Shown: positions 25,706 to 37,655 of the stretch, piece by piece
Numbering within the stretch: the first letter of the stretch is position 1
Layout of the letters: every line of letters starts with the position of its first letter
Assembly (NCBI GenBank): GCA_963514005.1
Contig: OY740781.1
Coordinates: 182,342,001 to 182,406,000, forward strand
DNA length: 64,000 nt
Reading direction: 5' to 3'
Source of the DNA: Raja brachyura
Taxonomy: Eukaryota
Translations under genes and position numbers: made by a program
The notes under the pieces: generated by a model
The model's input: only the letters and a program-made list of their open reading frames with translations
Database searches by the model: none
Told to the model about the DNA's origin: nothing

Positions 25706-25944
25706 AAATCTAATTTGGCACTGTTGATGACATCTTGGTCATTCAGTCCCGGGATATCACGAGGAATTCCTCAAGATATTGCCCAATGCTGAATCATTTT
25801 CACCTACCTCATCAATGACCTCTCTTCCATCATGTCAGAGATGCAGATACTTGTTGATGATTGCATAACGTTCAACCCCATTCACAACTGTTCAGCAAAT
25901 GAACATCCCTATCTACATGCAGGAAGACGTATACAATTATTTGC

Positions 25945-26412
25945 TGAGGCTCTATAATGCACTGCTAAGGTTGCATTTGGAATATTGTGAGCAATTTTGG
26001 GCACCATATCTGAGGAAGGATGTGCTGTCTCTGGAGAGGGTCCAGAGGAGGTTTACATTGAAACATACAAAATAGTGAAAGGCTTGGATAGAGTGGATGT
26101 GGGGAGAATGTTTTCACTAGTGGGAGAGTCTCAGACTAGAGGTCACAGCCTCAGAATTAAAGGATGTTCTTTGTGGAAGGAGATGAAGATAAATGTCTTT
26201 AGTCCGAATTCTTTGCCCCAGAAGGCTATGGAGGTCAAGTCAGTGAGTATTTTTATGGCAGAGATAGATACTGTAGATTTTTGATTAGTACAGGTGGCAG
26301 ATGTTATAGGGAGAAGGCAGTAGAATGGGGTTAGGAGGGAGAGATAGATCAGCCATGATTGAATGGTAGAGTAGACTTGATGAGCCGAATGGCCTAATTC
26401 TGCTCCTACCAC
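25945..26412 (+). mobile_element. CR1 LINE 3' fragment with internal deletions
   Basis: [11 protein letters not shown] and [36 protein letters not shown]; tail gaatggcctaattctgctcct. Confidence 0.88.
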
Positions 26413-28293
26413 TTATTAGGCCTGGGATACTTAGTGCCACGTTACATTTGCAGCTGAAAGATGTCGGGCAGTGACTTCCTCCAACAAAAGCGAGTTTGAC
26501 CATCTATCATTGAGATTCAATGGCATTACCATCACCACCTCATGCCATCAACAGCATGGGGCCACCATTCACCAGAAATGCAGCTGGCCCAGCACCCAAT
26601 TATCATGGCTTTAAGAGCCGGTCAGAGGCTGGCTATTTTGCAGCTCGTGATTCACATTCTGATGCCCCCAAAAACTTTAAACATCTACAAGGCATAAATC
26701 AGGATCATCCAGATTAAAACAGTTTGATTGATTAGTACCCTATGCGTCTCTATCAGCGTTCAATTGCTTCAACACCATTGCATTGGTAACCATTTACACT
26801 ATTACTCACTGTTACTCATCTACTCGACTTCAATACATTTCTCAAATCTGCAGTTGTACCATCAGGAAAGACAAGGGCATCATCCTGAATCGGAAATATT
26901 ATTTCTTTAATTTAACTGGACATAAATCCTTGAATTCCTCACCCAACAGCACTTTGGGTACCAACAATTGCATGACTGGACTAAAGTAATTCAAAAAGAA
27001 GACTCATCTTAATCTGTTTTCGGACAATGAAGGATGGGCAACAAATACTGGCTGTGCCTTGTTCTGAAAAATGAATATGAAAAAGATGTGCCTGCATATC
27101 CAATTTTCCATTAAAATCCAGACTGCAATGTTATTGTGATATTCAACAGTTAATGTACCCAATCTCTGTAAAACCATTCTTTGCATTCCCCTCTGGGCAA
27201 ATAAACAAAATATGCTATGTGATTAAATGCAGACTAAAACTATAAATGAGGGACATTTTACAGAATTCCACCTGCTTGTAAATTTCAAAAGGGAATTCCA
27301 GAGGTTAGGGCTTAGGCAGCTGAAGTTCACAATCAGGCTGTAGAATACTAAAATTACTACATTTTGGATGTTAAGGGATTAAAACTGAAGGGACACAGGC
27401 GTTTCAGAGTGTTGTAAGGTTGGAGGTGATTATAGAGGTTTGGACAGGTCAGATCATGAAGACATTTGAAATTAATGCTAAGAATTTTAAAATTAAGGCA
27501 TTGCTCAGCCAAGAACCAAGATTGTAGATTTATTGACTGTAGCTCTGCTTTCAACACCATAATCCCAAACAAATGTACCTTCAAAATCCTGGACGTCAGA
27601 GTTTGCATCCCCCTCTGCAGTTGAATCCTTGAACTTCGGACCTATAGACCATAATCAGTGATGATAGGTACCGATGTAGACTTTGCAGAATACAAAGAAC
27701 ATTGGAAAGCCCAATCAGGAGTGCAATGGAATAGTAGCAACAAAGTCATTTGAGGTTATTCCTGCAATTTTAAGTACAGGTATTTTTAAAGCAGAGATTG
27801 ACAGGTTCTTGATTAGTAAGGGTGTCAAAGGTTTCGGATAAGGCAGGAGATTGGGATTGAGAGGGAGAAATAGATTAGCAATGACAGAATGACAGAGCAG
27901 ACTTGATGAGCTATGGAAATGGAAATGGCCTAATTCGGTCCCTATACAGTATGTTGTCTTATGTCTATGTACAAGGAGATTGTTTCCAAATTCATCGAAA
28001 GCAGCTGGGTCAATTATAATAAAAAGGATAATAATATCAAAGTTTATATCATACGCTTATGACAACTGATACTAGCAGGATTAGTTCTTCCATAAAAGAG
28101 GAATTAACAGTCAATGTAATATTAGTGTAATATAAGAAATATATATACAAAACAGTCAAATTGCTATTTGAGAAACATCAATCCTTATTTTTAAGTAAAA
28201 AATAAAATGTACCATGTTAAAAGAAAATTAAAATCTATCTAGAGCGCAGAATCTTATTTTACAGATTTTCAATACATGTATTTTTTCCCTTAG

Positions 28294-28555
28294 GGTCCAA
28301 ATGCTCTTGTGACATATGCCATTATAAGTGGAGCAGACAACAGTTTTCGTGTTGATCCTGAGTCTGGCGACCTTCTAGCCACGAAGCGTTTGGACAGAGA
28401 GCGCCGTTCCAAATATTCCTTACTGGTCCGAGCGGATGATGGGTTGCAATCCTCAGACATGCGAATCAACATCACTGTCAGTGACATAAATGATCACGCA
28501 CCCAAGTTTTCCAGGAATGTGTATTCATTTGATATCCCAGAGGATAGTCCACCTG
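28294..28555 (+). CDS. FAT4: FAT4 coding exon, 262 bp, phase 0/1
   Basis: Acceptor ttttttcccttag and donor G|gtaag. GPNALVTYAIISGADNSFRVDPESGDLLATKRLDRERRSKYSLLVRADDGLQSSDMRINITVSDINDHAPKFSRNVYSFDIPEDSPP; the LDRERRSKYSLLVRADDGLQSSDMRINITVSD stretch is characteristic of FAT4. Confidence 0.97.
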
Positions 28556-29508
28556 GTAAGATACGACTTAAAATAAATGCTAATTCCTTTTTTTTGTGAG
28601 TGAATGAAAGATGCAGCATGGGGACAGGCCTTTCGGCCCAATGAGTTTTCGCCACACGTCTATCACCTGTTCACACTAGTTCCATGTTATCGCACTTTTG
28701 CGCAAACTCCCTACACACTAGTGACAATTTACCAAGTCCAATTAACCTATAAATAATAAACTATATGCCAATTAATCTGTTCGGGCAGTTTTAGAAGCAA
28801 TCCATAATCCCATTTGCTAATTACTAGTAAAATGAAATCCTAAATTCCACTCTGGTGTGATGCCATGTTACTTAACCAACAGTTAAATAAATGGAATAAC
28901 AATTGATTATTTCGGTGACTACCACAAAATATGCTTGTTTCTGGTTTCATGTATATTCTTGACAATATATCCTGCCATGTTGAACATTAGTAAACTCAGA
29001 TCATATTTCATGGTTAATATTTAATTGCTGCTTGCTTTTCTACAATATAAGAGGCCAAAGATGAGGAAGTTGATTAATTTAAACGTCCCAAGTTAATCTG
29101 TGCTCTGTCTTCCATGTCTGCAGTCTGAGCTGTGCTGTTAGTCGAGCATGTGGATAAATCAATAGTAAACAGACTCTGAGGCTTAACAAGAATATCCTGT
29201 ATATGTGTATCTTCGATAAATAAATACTTTGGATTGCTTTCAAATCCCACTTTCCATAAATAAAGAGCAAAACATTTTCAGTTTACTGTCATTAAAGCAG
29301 ATCATGGGGCTGGAGGTTCCTTGGTTTTCCCACTCTCATTTTATAACATTGCCAGGTGATTGCAAACAAGGACCCAAATTAAAGACTAACCGGCTGTCAA
29401 TGGGAAAATCTGCAACAGTTAGGGATAGTCCCCGACAATTAGAGAAGATTGTGAGCCGCCCGGAGACATACAGGAGGAAGCAGATTGTAGGATGGGTGGG
29501 GTGGGGAA

Positions 29509-29768
29509 TTTAGTTTAGTGTAGCAATACAGCACGGAAACAGGCCCTTCGGCCCACCGTGTCCACACTGACAATGACAGTAAATTGCCCCGACCACTACA
29601 CAATTTATAGAGGCCAATTAACCTACAAGCCCGCACATCTTTGGCATGTGAGAGGAAACCGGAGCACTTGAAGGAAACCCAACAGGGAGAACATGCAAAC
29701 CCCGTGCAGACAGCGCCCAAGATCAGGATCAAACCTGGGTTTCTGGTGCTCTACCAGCTGTGCCGCAG
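29509..29768 (-). mobile_element. tRNA-derived V-SINE (HE1-like)
   Basis: Minus strand shows A box (cggcacagctgg), B box (ggtttgatcc), V-type core gtttgcatgttctcc...gggtttccttcaagtgctccggtttcctc and a (ctaaa)n tail. Confidence 0.75.
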
Positions 29769-31367
29769 ACTGCAAAATGCGGGCGGTGTAGATGGCAGAG
29801 AAAAAGAGTAGGTTAAGCATCTGGGCAAGGAGAATGCCAAAGGGGAAAGATAGCGGGGGAATGTGTAGCATGGAGAGATGGCAAGGGAAAGAAATGGCCA
29901 GGATGAAAGCAGTAAAAGACTAAAGGGGAGATAGAGAAGGGGATGGAAATCTGGAAACGGAGGTACAGGGTGAGGGCTGGCAAGATGGCAATTGGCGACC
30001 ACAAGCACTGCTGGATTAGTATTTACTGAAGAGACCAGGCAACTCCTTCCTCCCTTCATCTCTTCACATTAAACTGTTAACCGCAAACATTTTTGGAAAG
30101 GGCATGGACGTTATTTAACTAGTGCAATCATTGATCGATATCGCCAGGGATGCTAGTAGGAGTAGCAGGAGGTTTTACGGCTGAATAGGATCAGGCTCAT
30201 TCCCTGCTCTCTCCAACCTCTCATCAGGTGCTTGAAGCAGTCAAGAACATTCAAGGTTTCTGTTACTACATTCTTAGAATAGGCAGAAGAGAGACCACCT
30301 GGTACTGTTTAGTTACTGTTTTCAGAGTAATTTGTAAAGATAGTGGAATTAAACACCTGAAGTGGGGAAAAAAACTGCTTTTCAAACATCTTCCAGGGCT
30401 GTGATAAGTAATCCAACTATGTGCAAGGACATAGGAAGAGATGAGACTATAATCACTTTGTAGTCATTCTACCCCATTCAGTGAGATTGTAGCCAACCTG
30501 TGATGTACCTTCATTCGTCAGTACGTGTCCAATATTACTTAATGCCCTTGGTAAGGGTATCAACCTATCAACTCCAGAGCTAAAATTGACAACCACTCAG
30601 ACATTAGTTTAGATTGGCAAAGGAGAGCTCCATATTCCTTGCAGCCTCTGCAAACAAGGATGCTTCTGAAAATCACTCCTTACCCTGATTTTCTGATTGC
30701 ATGTCCTTGTCTGAAAATGGTGGAAATAATGTTCTCTGTTCACCTATGTTCCTCTTAACATCTCATGAGCTTTACCGCCTGGCCTTCAAAAACTTTAAGC
30801 TCGCAGCCGTAATTTCTGTAACATCACCTTGAAATATATTGGAGTCCTGGAAGTGTAGTGCAGCACTTCTTCATGAAGTACATAGCAAGCGACCTGGGAT
30901 ACTTGATTCTACATATAAATAATTCAATAATTCCTCCTGATTATGGAATTAACTGTAGAATGCACACGCTTTATTCTCCTGAGACTCTGAATAGCCTCCT
31001 TTTCTGAGATGCCACTGATTAGCTGTCCTACTTCCATTTTTTTATCCGTCGGCTCACATATGGTAAGTAACATACGCTTCAGAAACAGATCAGTTTCTGA
31101 AGACTATCATTTTCTATCTTTATTTGATCTCCCTTACTCTCTACATTGGTAATGCACTCTAATCCAGCACCTCTCCACGAGATATATCTGAGGTTGCAAG
31201 CAAACTGACAAGGGACTTCACCTTTTACACATGTACAGTATTTGAGGGCACTGATTCACAATCTTGTTTTCCCAAGAGGGGGAGATTCAAAAATTACCCA
31301 CATTCTACCATGCAAACAAACTCTGCTTTGCAATATCTTAACCTATCTTATTTATATTTTGCTTGTT

Positions 31368-31582
31368 GGTCATAGTCATAGAGTGGTACAACATGGAAAC
31401 AGGCCCTTCGGCCCAACCTGCCCACACCAGTACCACCTGCCCGTGTTTGGCCCATATCCCTCCAAACCTGTCCTATCCATGTACCTGTCTAACTGTTTCT
31501 TAAATGTTGGGATAGTCCTGGCTTCAACTACCTCCTCTGACAGCTTGTTCCACACCCCAACCACCCTTTGTGTGAAACATTT
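31368..31582 (-). mobile_element. CR1 LINE 3' end
   Basis: FTQRVVGVWNKLSEEVVEARTIPTFKKQLDRYMDRTGLEGYGP plus 3' tail. Confidence 0.88.
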
Positions 31583-32208
31583 TTTTCTGCTCTTTTTAGT
31601 TATTAATTTGTACAAAACATTGAATCACAGCACAATTTTTTTTAATGCTTATCCCATCTACAATAACTCTACATGTTTGTATCAATGTAATAAACAACGT
31701 CTCTATTAATTAATTGTCTTACATTAATATTTGCAACTGATAACAATTCAACTGAAATTGCAGAATTGTATTAAGTGGACCTTCTGGAATAAATTGGAGA
31801 TGCTTATTAACCATATGCTATCACTTTTGTATACATTATTATGTTGAATGCTTTTGGACAAATGATTGACAAATGCAATGTAAAAATTGAGTAAACTGCT
31901 TATTTTAATTAGAGTACACCATAATCTTGTAGATTCGGGTATTTTGATTTTAATAGTAAACTGCATGGATGAAAATTGTTTGAAGCAGAGCAGCTACAAG
32001 AGTAATAATAGAAACAAGATGTTCCTGATGCTATTGAAATAAAATTGCTCATTAAAGAAAAGTAGTTCCTTTCCTTTGCAAGAAAATAAGGAAATAGTTA
32101 CAAGTAGAGAAAAAAAAAGTTTTGTTTTCTCAATAAAGAATTGAGATGGACAGGATTTTTAAAAGCATTCGTGCTGAATTTTTTTTTCTTTCTTCATTTA
32201 AATGTTAG

Positions 32209-32559
32209 GCTCTATTGTGGCAGCCATACTGGCAACTGATGCAGATTCTGGTGCCAATGGGGAGGTCACGTACATGGTGGAAGAGGATGATGAAGATGGA
32301 ATATTTTTCCTCAATTCTGTGACTGGAGTTTTTAATCTAACTCAACCTCTGGATTATGAGAAGCAACCATATTATATTCTGACTGTCCAGGCAAAAGATG
32401 GCGGAGGACAGCTCAGCACAGTAAGAGTTTACTTCAATGTGCTGGATGTGAATGATAATCCACCCATTTTCAGTCCTTCATCTTACAGTACCTCAGTGAT
32501 GGAAAATCTTCCTCCTGGAGAAAGAATCCTCTCCGTTAATGCAACTGATGCAGATGATG
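32209..32559 (+). CDS. FAT4: FAT4 coding exon, 351 bp, phase 1/1
   Basis: Polypyrimidine tract then tag|GC, donor G|gtatgt. GSIVAAILATDADSGANGEVTYMVEEDDEDGIFFLN...LDYE...LDVNDNPPIF...ATDADD; frame continues from the previous exon. Confidence 0.97.
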
Positions 32560-32714
32560 GTATGTATCATAATCATAAGAAGGAAGCATCAGTCTTCCAT
32601 GAAGTAACCAGTATTGCAATTGGCATTTCACCTTTGAAAAATAGGAACATTGGTTTCCAGAAAATAACTTTCATTCCCCTGCTAAAAGTAATGACCGGAT
32701 AATCTGTTTTAATG

Positions 32715-32875
32715 ATGGTTAAGAGATAAATATTGGCTTGGAACCCACAAGAAAATTCCCCTCTCTAATGATGAATGGAACTATGGAACCATTGCAGTTC
32801 ATCTTAAGAGAGTGGTTGGGCCTTAATTCAGCATCTAAAATAGAAAGATGTCAGCTCTGACACCAATGCATGTAA
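32715..32875 (-). mobile_element. Old Deu-domain SINE remnant (SacSINE1-like)
   Basis: gataaatattggc...gggccttaattcagcatc...gaaagatgtcagctctgaca resembles the reverse complement of the Deu core as I recall it; highly diverged. Confidence 0.45.
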
Positions 32876-33423
32876 TGATTTATTAGTGTGCACAGTACTG
32901 AATACATTTGTTGGTTCCAAAATTCTTTAAAAGATAAAACAAATTGAGCCAATCATGAGGTCAGAACTACAGAACATCAGCATGGTGGATCAGACAAATC
33001 TAAATGTAAGGGGAAAAGAAGGAAATGAATACTTCCATGATACTTCCACAATACTTGTGGAAAGCACGATGGCCTTTTGAGGTATTGAAGACGAGCCTTT
33101 GAATTTGTGAAAAATGTTGGAATTGGGCAATTTATGACAAACTGCAGATGTTTGAGTAATTCTGATTCTAATTCCATCCATCTCTGCCAAAATAAAGAAT
33201 TATGCATTCACTGGTTCCATGTTAGTAGTAGACATTGAAACTGATACTCTTTTTTTATTTATATTGGGTTGGTTGGTCATGCTTTGATACTCATGACACT
33301 GAAATATTTTCATAATATTGACTATGAACTCCCTTTAACAAAGAAGCATCCCATTGAAAGCCATATAGTTCTCAAGTATGATCACTGGTATATTATAAAG
33401 ACATGCACAAGAATATATAAAAT

Positions 33424-33633
33424 AAGTAGGAAAGAGCTGCAGATGCTGCTTTAAACCAAAGATAGACACAAAAATCGGGAGTAACTCAACGGGACAGGCA
33501 TTCTTCTGGAGAGAAGGAATAGTTGACGTTTCGGGTTGAGACTGAAGAAGGGTCTCGACCCGAAACGTCACCCATTCCTTCTCTCCAGAAATGCTGCCTG
33601 TCCCGCTGAGTTACTCCAGCTTTTTGTTTCTAT
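33424..33633. repeat. Palindromic pair of Penelope-tail repeats
   Basis: Arms of about 80 bp (33460-33542 and 33552-33633) are reverse complements of each other. Confidence 0.85.
33542..33569 (+). ncRNA. Minimal type I hammerhead ribozyme core, sense to FAT4
   Basis: CTGAAGA-A-GGGT(CTCG)ACCC-GAAAC-GTC has the conserved CUGANGA and GAAA boxes, stem II and a GUC cleavage triplet; stem I is weak at this copy. Confidence 0.65.
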
Positions 33634-36110
33634 ATATTTGCTTTGTTATATATAGACATATATACACTACCTCTTCCAGATATTAACTACTTTTAAGCAA
33701 AATAAGTCTCTGCTTATGATCACTGATTGCTATTTGTGTAATACTTTATATTTAATAAAAAAGTAATAGTTTGGTACCACATGCTAAAAAATCATACAAC
33801 TCAATTCTGACAAATTAAAGGCAGTTCAGAGGATTCTATTTATTCCATCTCATCTTGCTCCACCAATCTCGGGATGGCAGTCCATCTGCTATACTCCATT
33901 TGCTGAGCCTTCAGTAACTTTCTGTTTGTTTGTTCTGGAACTTGTTGAAACACAATGTAATGCTAGTTTTATTTTGTGAGGTGGGGGTTTCTCAATTACA
34001 GGAATTAGCAAAAACCTCCATTTAACTGTGAAAAAGATTGCATGAGTGAAAGTTGCCAGGAGGCTAGATTGGCAGAAAATAGGTTCATTTAATTATTGAG
34101 CAACTCATAATCACATTAGAAGGGAAAGCATGCAATTTGCTGCACTAATAGCATGGCTGAAAATCAGTAACACAGTTCCAACATGGATAGAAGCCTTGCC
34201 AGGACCATGTCACAAATAAAAGAAACCACCAGCAACATATCTATTTTAAAAGTGACAAGAACATTCACAATAGACAAGCAGCAACATCCTATTTTAAAAC
34301 CTGACAGCACAAGGTCTAGACTTGCCATGCAATGGGTGGGCCATGAATTTGATGTAACATGAAAAGAGAAATATGACCATCTTAAATACAAGTGGAAACT
34401 CAAATCAAGTTAGAAATGCAATTTATTATTGGAACAGGCTATTGTTGGCTAGGGCCTCAACATTATGCCACAGGAGAGGAGAGATTGAGGCTGCAAAGGT
34501 AGAAGGGTATCAGAAGAATCAATGATGGAAGTCAGGCTGTGTCTGCAGAAGAGTAAGATTTTTTAGAAGAGAGGAGATAAAGCAAAATCCCCATTACACA
34601 CAACAAGAAGACCCAGAAGAACCATGGATGAAATCAGATGAATTATTGGAAGAAGGGGCTTGCTTCTTAAAAGGAGGGTAACAATTTTGGTAGATTGTAA
34701 AGATCAGAGAGTTGTCTGATTACCAAGTCATAAATGATAATAATAATAATCATGGACGTCCAATAAAAGGCAGAGCCCTTTACCTCCCAATCCAGGAAAC
34801 TTTTAACTGCGGGGTTTCCCGAAACCTGAAAATATTGTCCGGCCAAGCTAAAACGTAATGTGGTATCAAATATAAGAGTAGAAGTTCTTAACGATGTTTA
34901 ATTGGCAAGCCAACACTGATGAGTGGTGTGGAAATCACACACCCTCCTGTTTCCTAGAGTCACTAGGAAGGATGGAGATTGGTTGGGGTATAAAGCTTTT
35001 TTTTAGATCAACCATACACAAACCTACTCATTTAAAATGTTAAAGTATCCCCAGGACCACTCAAAAATCCAACCTGAGGTTTTGCTAATATTTAAGGCAA
35101 ATTATCTCTAATTGCTAATTGATGTTGCAATAACCTAGATTTAATAGCTCATATTTATCTCCACACCTGAAGAGTTACATAAAAGGAACGAAATCCAGGC
35201 AAACCGCTGACATGGAAATAGATCCAAGATCAGCAGAATCATTGTCAATTACTGAGCTCTTGGTGTTCCTTGATGAATGTTTGAATTGACATAGAATGTG
35301 AAGTGCAGCTGGAACAGCTCTTGTGTTGCTGGCAAGAACATTAGGCGCCTGTTTAAAGCATTTGTAGTTGCAGTTGTGATGTTCCGGTCGGGATCCAGTA
35401 AGTACTTTATATGAATTGCTTGTCAGTGTGGAAACCACAAAAAATCCTTTTTGGATCAGCTGTTGTGGTATATTACATTGCAATAGCAAACAAATTATTG
35501 CTAAGGGGGTATTTCTTGTGAATATTATTTTTCTCTTTTCCATTCCAGTATACCTATAACTGTCAGCTCGACTACAAATTCTTAATCTTCATCAATATGC
35601 TAATTATCCTTAACTCAGGCAAATAAAAATCGCCAGGGAAATTTCTTCCCTTTAATTTCAATAAAGGAATATTTTATTCCATTCAAAAGTAATGAAATAG
35701 TTCAAAGTATTTTGCAAAGCAAAAATGTATCAGTTTTATTATCCAAACACCATAATTAGAATTTTTTTTTTATAATTACAAATATGTAGGGTGATGTGAA
35801 CCAACTACAACAGCATCCAATTGCTGTTAATATTTGCAACCACCATTATTCCTTTGTTCACGATAAGGTATCTCAGTGGTTCTAAAAATGTTATCGGCCT
35901 GCATTTGCAGTTCGTGGCAATGAGGCAGCATGCACCACTGATCGGTAAAGACAGATTTCCTTACGATGAAGCAGCACTCTATTGTGGACATGCTCATTTT
36001 CAGTATTTGATACTGTTGGGTAAACATTCAAGGTGATCACTAGCATCCAGCAATAAGGTATGGAGGAATTCTCATCGATGGCAAACTAGGATAGAAAATC
36101 ACATTGTTCC

Positions 36111-37655
36111 ACCTTCCACAGAGACAGTTCCCTCCGCAACTCCCTGGTTAACTCATCCCTTCCCACCCAAACCACCCCCTTCCCAGGTACCTTCCCCTGC
36201 AACCGCAGGAGGTGCAACACCTGGCCTTATACCTCCTCCCTCGACTCTGTCCAGGGACTCTGAGAGTCGTTTCAGGTTAGGCAGAGGTTCACTTGCACCT
36301 CCTCCAACTTCATCTACTATACCCGTTGTTCTAAGTGTGGACTCGTATAAATCGACGAGACCAAACCTAGACGCGGCAACCGTTTCGCTGAACAGCTTCG
36401 TTCAGTCTGCCAGAACCTGCCTGATCTCCCGGTTGTTCAACACTTTAATTCCCCTTCCCATTCCAACACACACCTTTCTGTTCTAGGCCTCCTCCATTGT
36501 CAGAGTGAGGTCAAATGCAAATTGGGGGAACAGCATCTCATATTTTGCTTGGGCCGCTTACAACCAAGTGGTATGAACATTGATTTCTCTAACTTCAAGT
36601 AACCCTTGCATCCCCTCTCTCTTCATCCCTCCCCCAACCAAGTCATATCAGCTTCAAAGCCGTCTTGTTGAGTCTCATTGTCCGTACCTGTTCTCACCTA
36701 GCCCACAACTAACAATTGCCTGTTTCCTTTAGGGCCTGACCCACTTGGCCATCATTTGTGCCTCATTTACGGGTCGTATGTAAAATAGGTCGGCGCGTCG
36801 TGACAGGCGACGTCGCACACAAATCACGCGTCATCATGCGTCAGCACAGCCGTCTGTTGGGCGTGACGTCATTAGAATACCCTGCCACCCTTATTCTGCA
36901 TCATGACCATCATGGAAGAACTACAGATTTTATAGCTACAGCAACAACAGAGACTTCTGTTAGTAGCAGCCCTCATACTTACAGAGCAGTCAGGCAGGAG
37001 TACAACAAGAAAAGCTAGCAAGAAACCCAGGAAGAGGTCGGTGTGGACGAGGTTACATGACGCGTAAAAGGCGGGCTGACTGCGTATGGGCGGGGTGCGG
37101 TGGCGCATGTTTACGGACGTTGACGCACGGTGACGTAACCATGCGTCACCACGCGATACAGCGTGCGACGCCAATGCGTGAGTGAGCGTAGCCAATGCGT
37201 TAGCGTGCGTACGCGATACGGTGCTAGTGGCGCGCGAGGATTTTGTTATACTATGAAATCCTGCAGCACCTCGCGATAGCGCATGCCACTGCATGCGATT
37301 CCATGTCTCACCATGTGCAATTCATGCGTCACCCACGCGCACGCCACGCGTCACAACGCGTCGACGTATTTTACATATGAGCTGTAAATGAGGCGCAAAT
37401 GCCGGCCAAGTGGGACAGGCCCTTTAATCACTGTTACCTTTTTGCATATCTTTCATTCATTTGTTTGATATCTCTCTGAACACCCGTCTATATCTCTCGT
37501 TTCGCTTTCCCATGACTCTCAGTCTGAAGAAGGGTCTCGACGCAAAATGTCACCTATTCTTTTTCTCCAAAGATGCTGTTTGACCCGTCGAGTTACTCCA
37601 GCTTTTTGTGTCTATCTCTGGTTTAAACCAGCATCTGCAGTTCCTTCCTACGCAT
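36111..37655 (+). mobile_element. Penelope-like retroelement 3' portion: GIY-YIG endonuclease pseudo-ORF (36111-36602) plus tail, interrupted by a MITE
   Basis: One frame with two internal stops: PGTFPCNRRRCNTWPY...FTCTSSNFIYYTRCSKCGLV*IDETKPRRGNRFAEQLRSV...VVQHFNSPSH...EQHLIFCLGRLQPSGMNIDFSNFK*. Tail carries ctgaagaagggtctcgac at 37524. Confidence 0.88.
36731..37423 (+). mobile_element. Non-autonomous PIF/Harbinger element, 693 bp, with a probable transposase N-terminal relic
   Basis: TIRs AGGGCCTGACCCACTTGGCC...ATTTGTGCCTCATTTAC / GTAAATGAGGCGCAAAT...GGCCAAGTGGGACAGGCCCT; inserted at a TTA in the Penelope tail; CpG-rich. Confidence 0.88.

Noticed and set aside
29770-30060. Purine-rich tract with overlapping minus-strand ORFs
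   Set aside because: Low-complexity composition explains the open frames; no motif support.
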